Source: Alkalilimnicola ehrlichii MLHE-1 (GTDB taxonomy: Bacteria > Pseudomonadota > Gammaproteobacteria > Nitrococcales > Halorhodospiraceae). Taken from it: a stretch of DNA of 32,000 bases. Positions within the stretch are counted from its first letter, which is position 1. Every line of letters begins with the position of its first letter. The stretch is taken from NCBI RefSeq assembly GCF_000014785.1, contig NC_008340.1:2520001-2552000 (forward strand), read 5' to 3'. The notes beneath the pieces were generated by a model. That model searched no databases, was not told the DNA's origin, and saw nothing but the letters and a program-made list of their open reading frames with translations. Made by a program: the position numbers and the translations under genes. Of the stretch, positions 1 through 12,789 are shown in pieces.

Positions 1-207
1 CCCGGGGATATCATCACCCACATCGAGGGCGAACCGGCGGCCGATGCCCAGGCGCTGCTGGAGCGGGTCACCGACAAGCGGCCCGGGAGCGAGCTGCGGC
101 TGGATCTGCTGCGGGATGGCGAGGCGCGCACGGTCACCGTGGCGGTGGGAGAACGCCCGGCCCAGGACGAGCGGCAGCCGGCCCCACGGCAGCCGCGGTT
201 ACCCTGA
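1..207 (+). CDS. C-terminal PDZ-domain fragment of a DegS/AlgW-type periplasmic serine protease (5' truncated by window)
   Basis: Frame 1 reads PGDIITHIEGEPAADAQALLERVTDKRPGSELRLDLLRDGEARTVTVAVGERP... to TGA at 205-207. This is a typical PDZ 'GDIIT.I.G.P..d...L...v....pG..v.l.v.RdG' pattern. Its position next to the hisC end matches the common murA-his-degS neighbourhood. Confidence 0.8.
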   Translation, partial: PGDIITHIEGEPAADAQALLERVTDKRPGSELRLDLLRDGEARTVTVAVGERPAQDERQPAPRQPRLP

Positions 208-1296
208 CAGCACCTGGCCCAGCGCCGCCAGGAAGCGGGCGTTTTCCTCCGGCCGGCCCACCGTCACCCGCAGGCAGTCGGCGAGCTGCGGGTGACTACC
301 GTCCAGGTTCTTGATCAGCACGCCGTGCTCCCGCAGCCCGCTGTGCACCCGGCCGGCGGCCCCGGCCGGGCCCCGGAAGGTGAGGAAGTTGGCCTCGCTG
401 GGCCAGACCCGTTCCACCCCGGGAATGGCCGCCAGCCCTTCGGCCAAACGCCCGCGCTCGGCCACGATGGCGGCCACGCTGCGCTCGAGTTGCTCGCGGT
501 GATCCAGCGCAAAGTTGGCACTGGCCTGGGTAAGGGCACTGATGTTGTAGGGCAGGCGCAGTTTCTCCAGTTCCTCAAGCCAGTCCGGGTGGCCGGCCAC
601 CAGGCCCAGGCGCAGGCCGGCCAGCCCCACCTTGGAGACGGTGCGCATCACCAGCAGGTTGGGATAGGCCAGCACATCGGGCAGGAAGCTGTCGTTGGCG
701 AAGGCGTAGTAGGCCTCGTCCACCACCACCAGGCCTGGGGCCTCGTGGATCACGCGGGCCAGGGCGTCGCGATTAAAGGCATTGCCGGTGGGGTTGTTGG
801 GATAGGCAATATAGACCACCGCCGGCTGCACCTCCCGCAGCGCCGCCCGCATGGCCGTCTCGTCCAGCTCAAAGTCCTCGGCCAGCGGCACCTCGCGGTA
901 GCCCAGGCCGCTGTTGACCGCGATGATGCGGTACATGGCGAAACCCGGCCCCGGGGTGAGCACGACCCGGCCGGGCCCCGCCACCAGGAGGTTGATGAGC
1001 AGGATCAACTCATCCGAGCCGTTGCCGAGCATGAGCGCGGCCCCCTCCGGGATGCCCATGGCCGCGCGCAGCCGGGCCTTCAGTTCGCCGGCCCCGGCGT
1101 CGGGATAGCGGTTGAGCGGCACCTCCGACAGCGCTGCCTGCCAGGCCTCGACCAGTTCCCCGGGCCAGGGCCAGGGGTTCTCCATGGCGTCCAGCTTGAT
1201 CACGTCCGCCGGTGGCGGCACGTGGTAGGCGCTCAGCGCCCGCACCTCCGGGCGCACCCAAGCGTCGATCAGGGCGCTGCGTGAGGAACGGCTCAC
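199..1296 (-). CDS. hisC: Histidinol-phosphate aminotransferase
   Basis: 365-aa ORF with an aminotransferase class I/II fold pattern ([36 protein letters not shown]). It directly follows hisD. Confidence 0.95.
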   Translation of the reverse strand: MSRSSRSALIDAWVRPEVRALSAYHVPPPADVIKLDAMENPWPWPGELVEAWQAALSEVPLNRYPDAGAGELKARLRAAMGIPEGAALMLGNGSDELILLINLLVAGPGRVVLTPGPGFAMYRIIAVNSGLGYREVPLAEDFELDETAMRAALREVQPAVVYIAYPNNPTGNAFNRDALARVIHEAPGLVVVDEAYYAFANDSFLPDVLAYPNLLVMRTVSKVGLAGLRLGLVAGHPDWLEELEKLRLPYNISALTQASANFALDHREQLERSVAAIVAERGRLAEGLAAIPGVERVWPSEANFLTFRGPAGAAGRVHSGLREHGVLIKNLDGSHPQLADCLRVTVGRPEENARFLAALGQVLSG

Positions 1297-2609
1297 TGTC
1301 CGCCCTCCCCGTCCTCCACCCGCAGCTCCGCGGAGCGGGCGTGGGCGGTCAACCCCTCGCCACGGGCCAGCACGCTGGCCACCCGGCCCAGCTTCACCGC
1401 CCCGGCCGGCGAGCAGTTGATCAGGCTGCTGCGCTTCTGGAAGTCATACACCCCCAGCGGCGAGGCAAAGCGGGCCGTGCGCGAGGTGGGTAGCACGTGG
1501 TTCGGCCCGGCGCAGTAATCGCCCAGGGCCTCCGCGGTGTAGCGGCCCAGGAAGATGGCGCCGGCGTGGCGGATGTAGCCGGCCAGCTTCTCCGGCTCGG
1601 CCACCGACAGCTCCAAGTGCTCCGGGGCGATGCGGTTGGCCACCTCGGCCGCCTCATGCAGGTCGCGCACGTTGATCAACGCACCGCGCTTTGCCAGCGC
1701 GGTGCGGATGATGTCCGAGCGCTCCATCTCCGGCAGACCGTTCTCCATGGCCGTCTGCACCTGGTCCAGGAACATCGGATCCGGAGAGACCAGGATGGCC
1801 TGGGCCTCCTCGTCGTGCTCGGCCTGGGAGAAGAGGTCCTGGGCGATCCACTCCGGATCGGTCTGGCCGTCGCAGATGACCAGGATCTCGGAGGGGCCGG
1901 CGATCATGTCGATGCCCACCACGCCGAAGACGCGGCGCTTGGCCTCGGCCACAAAGGCGTTGCCGGGGCCGACGATCTTATCCACGGCGGGGATGGTCTC
2001 GGTGCCGTAGGCCAGCGCCCCCACCGCCTGTGCCCCGCCCACGGTGAACACCCGGTCCACCCCGGCAATGGCGGCGGCGGCCAGCACCATCTCGTTGGGC
2101 TCTCCCCCCGGGGCCGGTACCACCATGACGATTTGCTCGACGCCGGCCACCTTTGCCGGCACCACATTCATCAGCACCGACGACGGGTAGGCGGCCTTGC
2201 CCCCGGGCACGTAGACGCCGACGCTGTCCAGCGGGGTCACCTGCTGGCCCAGCACGGTGCCGTCCTCCTCGGTGTAGGACCAGCCCGCCATCTTCTGCCG
2301 CTCGGCATAGCGGCGGATCCTATCGGCGGCCTCGTGGAGGGCATTGCGCTGCTCGCCGGGCAGTTTGTCCAGGGCCTGCTTGAGCCGGGCGGCCGGCACC
2401 TCGAGCTCGGCCACGCTCTGCGCCTGGCTGCGGTCGAAGCGGCGGGTGTAGTCGAGCACGGCCTGATCGCCACGATGGCGCACCTCGTGCAGGATCTCCG
2501 CCACGGTCGCTTCCAGTTCCCCGCCCACGTGGGCGTCCCAGCTCACCAGCTTTTCCAACTCGGTGTCGAAATCGGGTTGCTTGGTGCTGAGGCGGTTTAT
2601 CTCGAACAT
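1293..2609 (-). CDS. hisD: Histidinol dehydrogenase
   Basis: 438-aa ORF with [38 protein letters not shown] and [20 protein letters not shown] motifs. Start codon overlaps the end of hisC by 4 nt. Confidence 0.97.
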   Translation of the reverse strand: MFEINRLSTKQPDFDTELEKLVSWDAHVGGELEATVAEILHEVRHRGDQAVLDYTRRFDRSQAQSVAELEVPAARLKQALDKLPGEQRNALHEAADRIRRYAERQKMAGWSYTEEDGTVLGQQVTPLDSVGVYVPGGKAAYPSSVLMNVVPAKVAGVEQIVMVVPAPGGEPNEMVLAAAAIAGVDRVFTVGGAQAVGALAYGTETIPAVDKIVGPGNAFVAEAKRRVFGVVGIDMIAGPSEILVICDGQTDPEWIAQDLFSQAEHDEEAQAILVSPDPMFLDQVQTAMENGLPEMERSDIIRTALAKRGALINVRDLHEAAEVANRIAPEHLELSVAEPEKLAGYIRHAGAIFLGRYTAEALGDYCAGPNHVLPTSRTARFASPLGVYDFQKRSSLINCSPAGAVKLGRVASVLARGEGLTAHARSAELRVEDGEGGQ

Positions 2610-2669
2610 GTTGACCTCGGGCTTGCGCTTGCCGGTTGCGCGATTGCGGTTGTCGGCGACGGCCCCCGC

Positions 2670-3317
2670 CTAGGCGCGGCGGGCCTCCACGGCCTCTGCC
2701 AGCTGGCCCAACAGGGCCTTGATGCGGCGATGCTTCATCTTCATGGAGGCCTTGTTGACCACCAGCCGGGAGCTGATGTCGGTGATGTGCTCCAGCGGCT
2801 CCAGGCCATTGGCACGGAGGGTGTTGCCGGTGTCCACCAGGTCCACGATGACATCGCCCAGGCCCACCAGCGGCGCCAGCTCCATGGAGCCGTAGAGCTT
2901 GATCAGTTCCACCTGCCGCCCCTGCTCCGCGTAGTAGCGGCGAGCGATATTGACGAACTTGGTGGCCACCCGCAGCCGGCCGGGGCGCTCATTGGCGCCG
3001 GGATGGCCGGCCACCATCATCCGACAGCGGGCGATATTCAGGTCCAACGGCTCGTAGAGACCGTTGCTGCCGTACTCCATGAGCACGTCCTTGCCGGCCA
3101 CCCCCAGGTCGGCGCCGCCGTGTTCCACGAAGGGCGGCACATCGGTGGCGCGGACCACGATCACCCGCACCCCGGGCACCGTGGTCTCGAAGATGAGCTT
3201 GCGGCTGCGCTCCGGATCCTCGGTGAGGCGGATACCGCAGTCGGCCAGCAACGGCAGCGTGTCATCCAGGATGCGGCCCTTGGAGAGGGCCAGCGTCAGG
3301 GTCTCGGCGTCGGACAT
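2670..3317 (-). CDS. hisG: ATP phosphoribosyltransferase, catalytic subunit (short form)
   Basis: 215-aa ORF starting [24 protein letters not shown], with [14 protein letters not shown] and [18 protein letters not shown] motifs. Confidence 0.95.
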
Positions 3318-3347
3318 GGTGGTTGCGTCCAGCTTGTTCGGTCCCGG

Positions 3348-4854
<1,507 letters not shown>

Positions 4855-4971
4855 ATCTCCAACCCCGTTCGGGACTATCGGTTCGGCGGCACACCGCCAG
4901 GAAGCCCGGCAGTATAACGCGAGCAGGCCGTCAGGCAGAAACCCGACGCCCCGACCGCCGGCAACGGGGCG

Positions 4972-5301
4972 CTAGGCCTTCTCCGGGGCCAGCTGCAGGA
5001 AATCCGCCAGGCCGCTGAGCCGCGCCATGGCGCGCAGTTGTTCCGGGAAATGGCAGAAACGGATGGCCTGGTCATGCTGGGCGGCGCGGCGGGTCAGGGC
5101 CACCAGCAAGGCCAGACCGGCGCTGTCGGTGCGGGCCACCGCGCCCAAGTCCAGCTCCACATCGCCGCTGCCGCGGAAGAGGCGCTCCGCCTCGGCCCAG
5201 AGGCCGGGCACGGTCTCGAAGCTCAGATCACCGCTGAGCTGGAAGCGCCCGGCCTCCCCGGTCGATTCCAGCTGCGCCTGCTTCCCTCCGGCCCGACTCA
5301 T
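4972..5301 (-). CDS. mlaB: STAS-domain protein, MlaB-like component of the lipid asymmetry transporter
   Basis: 109-aa ORF with a STAS motif (VELDLGAVARTDSAGLALLVALTRRA). Its start overlaps the mlaC end. Confidence 0.88.
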   Translation of the reverse strand: MSRAGGKQAQLESTGEAGRFQLSGDLSFETVPGLWAEAERLFRGSGDVELDLGAVARTDSAGLALLVALTRRAAQHDQAIRFCHFPEQLRAMARLSGLADFLQLAPEKA

Positions 5302-5921
5302 TCCAGCCCGGCCTCCTCGTTACGCGCCTCCATCCGGGCGACCTCCTCCTCCAGGGTGCGGTCGCGCAGCCGGCTGCGGAAATCCTCGCGGTAGTTCTGC
5401 ACCAGGCTGATGCCCTCGGCGGTGAGGTTGATCAGCCGCCAATGACCATCGTCCTGGCGCTCCATCTCGTAGATCACCCGCGCCGGGCTGCCGCTGCCGG
5501 TGTGGATGTCCATGCCCACCTGGGCCACGTTCTCCCGGGCGGGATCGCGACGGACGCCGAGAACACGCACCTCCAGGCCACGGTACTCGCCGATGGTGCT
5601 GCCGTAGGTGCGCACCAGACTGCGCTGGAAGGCGGTGACGAAGCGCGCCTGCAGCTCCGGCTCCGCCCGCCGCCAGTGCGGCCCCAGGATCAGTTCCGCC
5701 ACCCGCTCCACCGCCACATGGGGGCCGACGATGGGCTCTAAGGCCTCGTACAGCGCCACGCGATCCTCGAGCAGCTCGTCGGCCTGCTCCTCCAGCAGAT
5801 CCAACACATCCTGGGTCACCTGCTCCACCACCTGGCGGGGGCCCGGTGGCGCGTCAGCCAGGGCCGGCAGGGTCCAGACCAGCAGCACCAGGGCCGTCAA
5901 TAGGGATTTGAACACACGCAT
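5298..5921 (-). CDS. mlaC: MlaC/Ttg2D-type periplasmic phospholipid-binding protein
   Basis: ORF 5298..5939, with likely start MRVFKSLLTALVLLVWTLPALA (signal peptide) at 5921. Contains TFVTAFQRSLVRTYGSTIGEYRGLEV and GIAPSLVQNYREDFRS-like MlaC motifs. Sits in the mla operon context. Confidence 0.9.
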   Translation of the reverse strand: MRVFKSLLTALVLLVWTLPALADAPPGPRQVVEQVTQDVLDLLEEQADELLEDRVALYEALEPIVGPHVAVERVAELILGPHWRRAEPELQARFVTAFQRSLVRTYGSTIGEYRGLEVRVLGVRRDPARENVAQVGMDIHTGSGSPARVIYEMERQDDGHWRLINLTAEGISLVQNYREDFRSRLRDRTLEEEVARMEARNEEAGLE

Positions 5922-5935
5922 AATGGGTCTCCCGT

Positions 5936-6397
5936 TCAATCGTCGCCCAGGCTGTAGAGGAATTGCCCGAGGATGCGTTCCAGCACCACGGCGGACTGGG
6001 TGCTGGTGATCTGGTCGCCGGCGGCGAGGTAGTCCTCCTCCCAGCCCGGATCCAGGCTCACGTATTGCTCACCGAGCAGCCCGGAGGTATAGATCGCGGC
6101 CGTGCTGTCGGCGGGGATCCGGTCGAAACGGCTATCCAGCCCCAACACGACCCGGGCCCGGTAACTCTGTGCATCCAGCTCGATGGCCTTGACCTGGCCG
6201 ACCCGCACCCCGGCCATGTTCACCGGCGCCTTCTCGCGCAGCCCGCCGACGTTATCGAAGTGGGCGGTGACCTCGTAACTGGGGCGATCCCGGAACTCCG
6301 CCAGGCCACTGACCTCCAGCGCCAGCAGGAACATCGCTCCCAGCCCTAGGGCCACAAACACCCCTACCCAAAGCTCCATGGTTCGCGTCGATTGCAT
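5936..6397 (-). CDS. mlaD: MlaD (MCE-domain) protein
   Basis: 153-aa ORF with a single N-terminal TM segment followed by an MCE domain (VTAHFDNVGGLREKAPVNMAGVRVGQVKAIELD...GLLGEQYVSLDPG). Confidence 0.93.
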   Translation of the reverse strand: MQSTRTMELWVGVFVALGLGAMFLLALEVSGLAEFRDRPSYEVTAHFDNVGGLREKAPVNMAGVRVGQVKAIELDAQSYRARVVLGLDSRFDRIPADSTAAIYTSGLLGEQYVSLDPGWEEDYLAAGDQITSTQSAVVLERILGQFLYSLGDD

Positions 6398-6427
6398 TAT
6401 TGATCCCGGATCGTCGGTCGGTTGTTA

Positions 6428-7207
6428 TCAGTCGAACATCAGGGCGGTGAGCAGGAAGTCCAGCCCCAGTACGGCCAGCGAGGCGTGCACCACGCCGTGG
6501 GTGGTGGCCCGGCTCACACCCTCGGAAGTGGGCACGGCCTCATAACCTTTGTAGAGGGCGATCCAGCCCACCACAATGCCGAAGACCACACTCTTGATGA
6601 CCCCGTTCAGCACATCGTCGCTGAAGCTCACCGCGGACTGCATGTTGCCCCAGTACGCCCCGCCATCGAGCCCTATCAATCCTACAGACACCAGATAGCC
6701 ACCGTAGATCCCCACCAGGCTGAAAATACCCGCCAGCAGGGGCACGGCAACCACGCAGGCAAGGAAACGCGGGGCGATCACCCGCAGCTCCGGGTCCACG
6801 GCCATCATCTCCATACTGGAGAGCTGTTCGGTGGCCTTCATCAGCCCCACCTCGGCGGTGAGTGAGGACCCGGCCCGCCCGGCAAACAGCAGCGCGGTCA
6901 CCACCGGCCCCAGCTCGCGCAGCAGCGAGAGCGCCACCAGCACGCCCACCGACTCGGCGGCGCCGAAATCCACCAGGGTGTAGTAGCCCTGCAGCGCCAG
7001 CACCATGCCGACGAACAGCCCGGAGACCACGATGATCACCAGCGAGAGCACGCCCACGGCGTAGAGCTGCTGAATGATGTAGCGCGGCTGGGCCAGCACC
7101 CGCAGCAGCCCGGCCAGCAGGCGGAACATGAGCAGATGGGCCCGGCCCACGCCGCCGAGGGCAGCCAGGGTGCGGGCACCGAGGTTGCGAAAGGCTGCGG
7201 TAATCAT
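6428..7207 (-). CDS. mlaE: MlaE-type ABC permease
   Basis: 259-aa hydrophobic ORF with MlaE motifs ([45 protein letters not shown]). Confidence 0.95.
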   Translation of the reverse strand: MITAAFRNLGARTLAALGGVGRAHLLMFRLLAGLLRVLAQPRYIIQQLYAVGVLSLVIIVVSGLFVGMVLALQGYYTLVDFGAAESVGVLVALSLLRELGPVVTALLFAGRAGSSLTAEVGLMKATEQLSSMEMMAVDPELRVIAPRFLACVVAVPLLAGIFSLVGIYGGYLVSVGLIGLDGGAYWGNMQSAVSFSDDVLNGVIKSVVFGIVVGWIALYKGYEAVPTSEGVSRATTHGVVHASLAVLGLDFLLTALMFD

Positions 7208-8034
7208 CGTCCCGGACGCTCCAGCAGGTCTTCAGCCAGGGTGCGACCGGGGTAATGGAAGGGCACCGGGCCGTCCGGCGCCCCGTCGAGGAACTGGCGC
7301 AACCAGGCGTTATCACTGTGGTGCAGCGCCTCCGGCGGGCCTTCGGCCACCACCTCCCCCCCGGAGAGCACATAGGCGTAGTCGGCGATGCTCAGGGTCT
7401 CCGCCACATCGTGGGAGACCACCACCGAGGTCAGCCCCAGGGCATCGTTGAGCCGGCGGATGAGGTCCACCAACACGCCCATGGTGATCGGATCCTGTCC
7501 GGTGAAGGGCTCGTCATACATCACCAGGTGCGGGTCCAGGGCAATGGCGCGGGCCATGGCCACGCGCCGGGCCATGCCCCCGGAGAGTTCCGCCGGCATC
7601 AGTCCGCGGGCACCGCGCAGGCCCACCGCCTCCAGCTTCATCAGGACCAGGTCCCGCACCAGCGGCTCGGGCAGGCGGGTGTGCTCCCGGATGGGGTAGG
7701 CCACGTTTTCAAAGACGTTCAGGTCGGTGAACAGCGCCCCGCTCTGAAACAGCATGCCCATGCGCCGGCGCAGCCGGTAGAGCTCGGCGCGGCGCAGCCG
7801 GTGCACATCCTCGCCCTCCACCGTAATCTGGCCGGCGGCGGGCTGGAGCTGCCCCCCAATCAGTTTCAGCAGGGTGGTCTTGCCGGTACCGCTCGGTCCC
7901 ATGATGGCCGTGACCTGGCCCTGGCGGATGTCCAGATCCACGCCATTGAAAATAGGCCGGCCACCGCGGCTGAAATGCAGTCCGCGCACCTGGGCCAAGA
8001 CCGGTTTATCACTCGTTTCCTGCACTGGAGACAT
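7204..8034 (-). CDS. mlaF: MlaF-type ABC ATP-binding protein
   Basis: 276-aa ORF with Walker A ([12 protein letters not shown]), signature ([19 protein letters not shown]) and Walker B ([13 protein letters not shown]). Confidence 0.95.
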   Translation of the reverse strand: MSPVQETSDKPVLAQVRGLHFSRGGRPIFNGVDLDIRQGQVTAIMGPSGTGKTTLLKLIGGQLQPAAGQITVEGEDVHRLRRAELYRLRRRMGMLFQSGALFTDLNVFENVAYPIREHTRLPEPLVRDLVLMKLEAVGLRGARGLMPAELSGGMARRVAMARAIALDPHLVMYDEPFTGQDPITMGVLVDLIRRLNDALGLTSVVVSHDVAETLSIADYAYVLSGGEVVAEGPPEALHHSDNAWLRQFLDGAPDGPVPFHYPGRTLAEDLLERPGR

Positions 8035-8212
8035 CCTTGACCGCTGCCCGTCCCGCCCCCGATGGCGGGGCGTCGAAGCGCCCCCGCACGGCCGCGGGTT
8101 TTTACCATAGAATGCCGCAGTATCCGATCAACCCCGGCGCCGGTCAAACATAGCGCCGCCCGGGTCGGCATCCCCCTCACCCCTCGCACCCCATTGGCAT
8201 TAGAATGCGCCC

Positions 8213-9196
8213 ATGTTGCTGCAGATCATCCTATTGGGGCTCAGCTTCGCCCTGCTCGCCTGGAGCGCCGACCGCTTCGTGCTCGGGGCCTCGGCCACGG
8301 CGGCGCTGCTGGGCCTCTCACCGCTGTTGGTGGGGCTGACCATCGTCGCCTTCGGCACCTCGGCGCCGGAGCTGCTGGTCTCGGCGCTGGCGGCACTGGC
8401 CGGTAGCCCGGGCCTGGCGGTGGGCAATGCCATCGGCTCCAACATCGCCAACATGGGCCTGATCCTGGGCCTGACGGCGCTGTTCGCCCCGCTGCTGATC
8501 CGTGGCCGCATCCTGCAGCGGGAGGTGCCGGCCATGGCCCTGGTCATGCTCGGCACCTGGCTGCTGATGCTCAACGGCCGGCTGGACCGGCCCGAGGGGA
8601 TCGCGCTGCTGGCCGGGCTGGTGGCGCTTACCGCCTGGCTCGCCTGGATCATCCGCCGCAGCAACGGAAATGGCGCTGACGCCGCCCTGGTCGCGCCGGT
8701 GAACGGCCTGCCGGAAGACGCCCCCACCCGGCTGCCCCGTGCCCTGCTCTGGCTGCTGCTCGGCTTGGTGGTGCTGCTGATCAGCGCCCAGACCGCCGTC
8801 TGGGCCGCCACCGGCCTGGCGGAGCGGGCCGGGGTGGCCGAGACCGTGGTGGGGTTGACCCTGGTTGCGGTGGGCACCAGCCTGCCCGAGCTGGCCACCT
8901 GCCTCGCAGCCGCCCGCCGCAGCCAGGGCGATATTGCCATCGGCAATATCATCGGCTCCAATATATTTAACCTGCTCGGCGTACTCGGCCTGGCCGCCAC
9001 GCTGCGCCCGGTGGCCCTGGAGCCCGGCATCCTGAGCCGGGATTATGCCACCATGGCCGGCATCACCCTGATCTTCTTCCTGCTCAGCCATGGCCTGCGC
9101 CAACGCGGCCACGTGGGCCGGGCCGCCGGGGCCTTCCTGGTGCTGCTTTGGGTGGCCTGGCTGGTCTGGCTGGGCCTGGACAATCTGGGGCCGTAA
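8213..9196 (+). CDS. Calcium/sodium antiporter, YrbG/CaCA family
   Basis: 327-aa membrane ORF with duplicated alpha repeats (VGLTIVAFGTSAPELLVS...GNAIGSNIANMGLILG / VGLTLVAVGTSLPELATC...GNIIGSNIFNLLGVLG). Confidence 0.93.
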   Translation: MLLQIILLGLSFALLAWSADRFVLGASATAALLGLSPLLVGLTIVAFGTSAPELLVSALAALAGSPGLAVGNAIGSNIANMGLILGLTALFAPLLIRGRILQREVPAMALVMLGTWLLMLNGRLDRPEGIALLAGLVALTAWLAWIIRRSNGNGADAALVAPVNGLPEDAPTRLPRALLWLLLGLVVLLISAQTAVWAATGLAERAGVAETVVGLTLVAVGTSLPELATCLAAARRSQGDIAIGNIIGSNIFNLLGVLGLAATLRPVALEPGILSRDYATMAGITLIFFLLSHGLRQRGHVGRAAGAFLVLLWVAWLVWLGLDNLGP

Positions 9197-9228
9197 GCGC
9201 AAGACGCACGCCCCGCGGAGGACTGCTA

Positions 9229-10254
9229 ATGAACGCCCAAAAGACCCTGGTGGAGCGCCAGCGCCGCCAGCCCGGAGAACCGGCCAGCGACGAGCGCTTC
9301 CGGGCACTGGGCCAGGCCGTGCTCGAGCTGGAGGCCGATGCCGTGCGCACCCTGACCGAGCGGGTGGACGCCACCTTCGTCCGCGCCTGCCGCCACATGC
9401 TGGCCTGCCGCGGCCGGGTGGTGGTCACCGGCATGGGCAAGTCCGGCCACATCGCCGGCAAGATCGCCGCCACCCTCGCCAGCACCGGCACCCCGGCCTT
9501 CTTCGTGCATCCGGGCGAGGCCAGCCACGGCGACCTGGGCATGATCACCCGCGACGACGTGGTGCTGGCCCTGTCCAACTCCGGCGAGACCAACGAGATC
9601 ACCACCATCCTGCCGCTGATCCGGCGCCTGCACGTGCCCCTGATCGCGCTCACCGGGAACCCCGACTCCACCCTGGCCCGCGCCGCCGATGATCACCTGG
9701 ATGTCAGTGTCGCCCAGGAGGCCTGCCCGCTGGGCCTGGCCCCCACCGCCAGCACCACGGCGTCGCTGGCCATGGGCGACGCCCTGGCCATCGCCCTGCT
9801 GGAGGCCCGCGGCTTCACCGCCGACGATTTCGCCCGCTCCCACCCCGGCGGCCGCCTGGGCCGGCGCCTGCTGCTGCTGGTGGAGGACGTGATGCACACC
9901 GGGACGCGCATCCCGCGGGTGGGCGAGGACACACCGCTGGCCGAGGCCCTGCTGGAGATCACCCGCAAGGGCCTGGGCATGACCGCCATCGTTGACGGCG
10001 ACGACCGTATCCTGGGCGTGTTCACCGACGGCGACCTGCGCCGCTGCCTGGACCAGGGCCTGGACATCCATCGGCTGCGGGTGGGCGAGGTGATGACCCG
10101 GGGCGGGCGCACGGTACGCCCGGACGCGCTGGCCGCCGAGGCCCTGGAGCTGATGGAAAGCCACCGCATCAACGCCCTGCTGGTCACCGATGACGGCCAG
10201 CGGCTGCTCGGTGCCCTCAACATGCACGACCTGTTGCGCGCCGGTGTCGTGTAA
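9229..10254 (+). CDS. kdsD: D-arabinose-5-phosphate isomerase (SIS + two CBS domains)
   Basis: ORF 9148..10254 with likely start ATG 9229 (MNAQKTLVERQ) preceded by GGAGG. SIS domain RVVVTGMGKSGHIAGKIAATLASTGTPAFFVHPGEASHGDLGMI, followed by CBS domains. Confidence 0.95.
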   Translation: MNAQKTLVERQRRQPGEPASDERFRALGQAVLELEADAVRTLTERVDATFVRACRHMLACRGRVVVTGMGKSGHIAGKIAATLASTGTPAFFVHPGEASHGDLGMITRDDVVLALSNSGETNEITTILPLIRRLHVPLIALTGNPDSTLARAADDHLDVSVAQEACPLGLAPTASTTASLAMGDALAIALLEARGFTADDFARSHPGGRLGRRLLLLVEDVMHTGTRIPRVGEDTPLAEALLEITRKGLGMTAIVDGDDRILGVFTDGDLRRCLDQGLDIHRLRVGEVMTRGGRTVRPDALAAEALELMESHRINALLVTDDGQRLLGALNMHDLLRAGVV

Positions 10255-10263
10255 AGTGATGCC

Positions 10264-10839
10264 ATGAACGCGAATCCGGAGATCCGCCCCGGCTACCACG
10301 GCCAGGTCACCGACGCGGTGCTCGCCCGCGCCGCCGGGGTGCGCCTGCTGGTGCTCGACGTGGACGGCGTGCTCACCGACGGCAGCGTTTATATGGGCCA
10401 CGACGGCGAGCTGTGCAAGGGCTTCCACATCCACGACGGCAAGGGCATCCGGCTGCTGCAGCAGTCCGGCGTGGAGGTGGCATTGCTCACCGCCCGCCGC
10501 TCCCCGATCCTGGAACGGCGGGCGGCGGAGCTGGGGATCCAACAGCTCATCCAGGGCTCCGGGCGCAAGGGAATCGATCTCGAGCGGCTGCAGTCCGGGC
10601 TGGGCATCCCCGCCGAGGCCTGCGCCTACATGGGCGACGACCTGCAGGACCTGCCCGCCCTGCGCCGCTGCGGCCTGGCCGTGACCGTGGCCGACGGCCA
10701 TCCGCTGCTCACCCGGCACTGCCATTGGCAGACCCGGCGGCCGGGCGGCCGTGGCGCGGTGCGCGAGCTGTGCGAACTCATCCTCGCCGCCCGCGGCGAA
10801 CTCGACGCCCTGCTTCAGGCCCATGAAGACGCGGATTAA
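10264..10839 (+). CDS. kdsC: 3-deoxy-D-manno-octulosonate-8-phosphate phosphatase (HAD superfamily)
   Basis: 191-aa ORF with LLVLDVDGVLTDGSVYMG and ACAYMGDDLQDLPALRRCGLAVTVADGHP motifs. Follows kdsD. Confidence 0.95.
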   Translation: MNANPEIRPGYHGQVTDAVLARAAGVRLLVLDVDGVLTDGSVYMGHDGELCKGFHIHDGKGIRLLQQSGVEVALLTARRSPILERRAAELGIQQLIQGSGRKGIDLERLQSGLGIPAEACAYMGDDLQDLPALRRCGLAVTVADGHPLLTRHCHWQTRRPGGRGAVRELCELILAARGELDALLQAHEDAD

Positions 10840-11401
10840 CCCCCCCCGGCTGTTCACCCTCATCGCCGTGGGCCTGTTGATCGGCGTCGCCTGGCTGATC
10901 GCCGATCGTCCCGACCGCGAGCCGCCCCCCGACCCGGAGATCCCCACGCGCGAGCGGGCCGACTACTTCATGGAGGGGTTCACCATCCACGCTGCGGACG
11001 CGACGGGCCGCTGGCAGTACCGACTGAGCGCGGACGACCTCTACCACTTTCCCGAACGCGGGGTCTGGTCCTTCGCCCGGCCGGAGGTGGAGATGTTCGC
11101 CGAGGCCGGCGCCAATTGGTACGGTAGCGCGCCCCGGGGCAGCGCGTGGGACCAAGGCCAGCGGGTCCTGCTGCACGAGGAGGTCCGGTTCTGGCGACCC
11201 GAGAGCGCCGTCAACCGGCCGCTGGAACTGGAGACCCGCGAGCTGTGGTTCTACCCCGGTGACGACCGGGTGGAGACAGAGGCGCACGCCGTGCTACGCC
11301 AGGACACCTCCTACACCGAGGGCGTGGGGGCCCGAGCTTGGCTGGACCAGCAAAGGATCGAATTGCAATCCGAGGTCAGAGGACACCATGAACTGCCATA
11401 A
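10823..11401 (+). CDS. lptC: LPS export protein LptC
   Basis: ORF 10751..11401 with likely start MKTRINPPRLFTLIAVGLLIGVAWLIADR. Single TM segment and LptC pattern, placed between kdsC and lptA. Confidence 0.88.
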   Translation: MKTRINPPRLFTLIAVGLLIGVAWLIADRPDREPPPDPEIPTRERADYFMEGFTIHAADATGRWQYRLSADDLYHFPERGVWSFARPEVEMFAEAGANWYGSAPRGSAWDQGQRVLLHEEVRFWRPESAVNRPLELETRELWFYPGDDRVETEAHAVLRQDTSYTEGVGARAWLDQQRIELQSEVRGHHELP

Positions 11402-11915
11402 CCGCGCCGCCACCTTGCTGGCCGGCCTGCTCTGTCTGCTGCTGGCCACCGGGGGGCAAGCCCGTACCCCCGACCGCGACCGGCCCATTGATCTGGAGGC
11501 CGACCGCGCCGAGATCGACAACGTCCGCGGCATCAGCACCTACACCGGCGCTGTCGTGTTGACCCAGGGCAGCCTGGTCATCACCGGCGATCGCATGGTT
11601 GTGCACACCCGCGACGTGGAGGGGCGCCGCGTTCTGGACCGGGTGGAGGTGGCGGGCGGCCCGGCCACCTACGAGCAACTGCCCCCGGGGCAAACCGACA
11701 CGGTGCATGCCGAAGCCCCGCGCATGGAGTACCACAGTCGCGGGCCGCAGCGCCTGCACCTGTCCGGAGGGGCCGAACTCTGGCAGCGGGAGAACCGCAT
11801 GTCCGGCGACGAGATCCGCGTCAATCTGGAGACCCAGGAGGCAGTGGTCGAGGGCCGGGAGGACCGGCGCACCCGCACCATCTTCTACCCGGCGGAGGAG
11901 CGGGACGAGGAATGA
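11388..11915 (+). CDS. lptA: LPS export periplasmic protein LptA (OstA-like)
   Basis: ORF 11259..11915 with likely start [25 protein letters not shown] (signal peptide), then [45 protein letters not shown]. Confidence 0.93.
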   Translation: MNCHNRAATLLAGLLCLLLATGGQARTPDRDRPIDLEADRAEIDNVRGISTYTGAVVLTQGSLVITGDRMVVHTRDVEGRRVLDRVEVAGGPATYEQLPPGQTDTVHAEAPRMEYHSRGPQRLHLSGGAELWQRENRMSGDEIRVNLETQEAVVEGREDRRTRTIFYPAEERDEE

Positions 11916-12637
11916 GCCGCCTGGAGGCCAAATCGCTGGTCAAGCGCTATCGCGGCCGCACCGTGGTCGAGGAGGCCTCACTCACCGTGGATGCCGGTGA
12001 GATCGTCGGCCTGCTGGGGCCCAACGGCGCCGGCAAGACCACCTGCTTCTACATGGTGGTGGGCCTGGTGCGGGCCGATGGCGGTCAGATCCTGCTCAAC
12101 GGCGAGGACATCACTGCCCTGCCGATGCACGCCCGCGCCCGCAAGGGCATCGGCTACCTGCCCCAGGAGGCCTCGGTCTTTCGCAAGATGACCGTGGCCC
12201 AGAACATCATGGCCATCCTGGAGACCCGACCGGACCTGGACCGTCGGGCCCGAAGGGAGCAGCTACAACAACTCCTGGACGAATTCCATGTGCCGCACCT
12301 GGCAGACCAGTCCGGCATCAGCCTCTCCGGCGGCGAGCGCCGGCGGGTGGAGATCGCCCGGGCCCTGGCCGCCAACCCGCAGTTTATCCTGCTCGACGAG
12401 CCCTTCGCCGGCGTCGACCCCATCTCGGTGGTCGATATTCAGCACATCATCCGGCAGCTCACCGAGCGCGGCATCGGTGTACTGATCACCGATCACAACG
12501 TCCGTGAGACCCTGGGCATCGTGGAACGGGCCTACATCCTCAGCCAGGGCCGGGTCATCGCCCGCGGCAGCGCGGAGGAGGTCCTCGCCAACCAGGCGGT
12601 GCGCGAGGTCTACCTGGGCGAGCATTTTCGGCTATAG
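11912..12637 (+). CDS. lptB: LPS export ABC transporter ATP-binding protein
   Basis: 241-aa ORF with [32 protein letters not shown] and [14 protein letters not shown] motifs. ATGA overlap with lptA. Confidence 0.97.
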   Translation: MSRLEAKSLVKRYRGRTVVEEASLTVDAGEIVGLLGPNGAGKTTCFYMVVGLVRADGGQILLNGEDITALPMHARARKGIGYLPQEASVFRKMTVAQNIMAILETRPDLDRRARREQLQQLLDEFHVPHLADQSGISLSGGERRRVEIARALAANPQFILLDEPFAGVDPISVVDIQHIIRQLTERGIGVLITDHNVRETLGIVERAYILSQGRVIARGSAEEVLANQAVREVYLGEHFRL

Positions 12638-12789
12638 GCGCCATTCCGCTGTAAACTAGGGGCATCCAGACCCGCGTGACGGGTCGCTTCCGACGCCATC
12701 GGGCGGCGACGATTAAAGAGATCCATGACAAGACATCGCATTCACACTTCAAAAGAACCGGATGGGGGGCACCCCCTTTGGCAACGGTC

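Noticed and set aside
9226-10947. 573-aa minus-strand ORF antisense to kdsD/kdsC
   Set aside because: Shadow ORF of well-supported plus-strand genes, with no recognisable domain.
12676-12789. N-terminal GTG extension of rpoN
   Set aside because: The conserved RpoN start [13 protein letters not shown] begins at 12790. The upstream residues look like untranslated leader.
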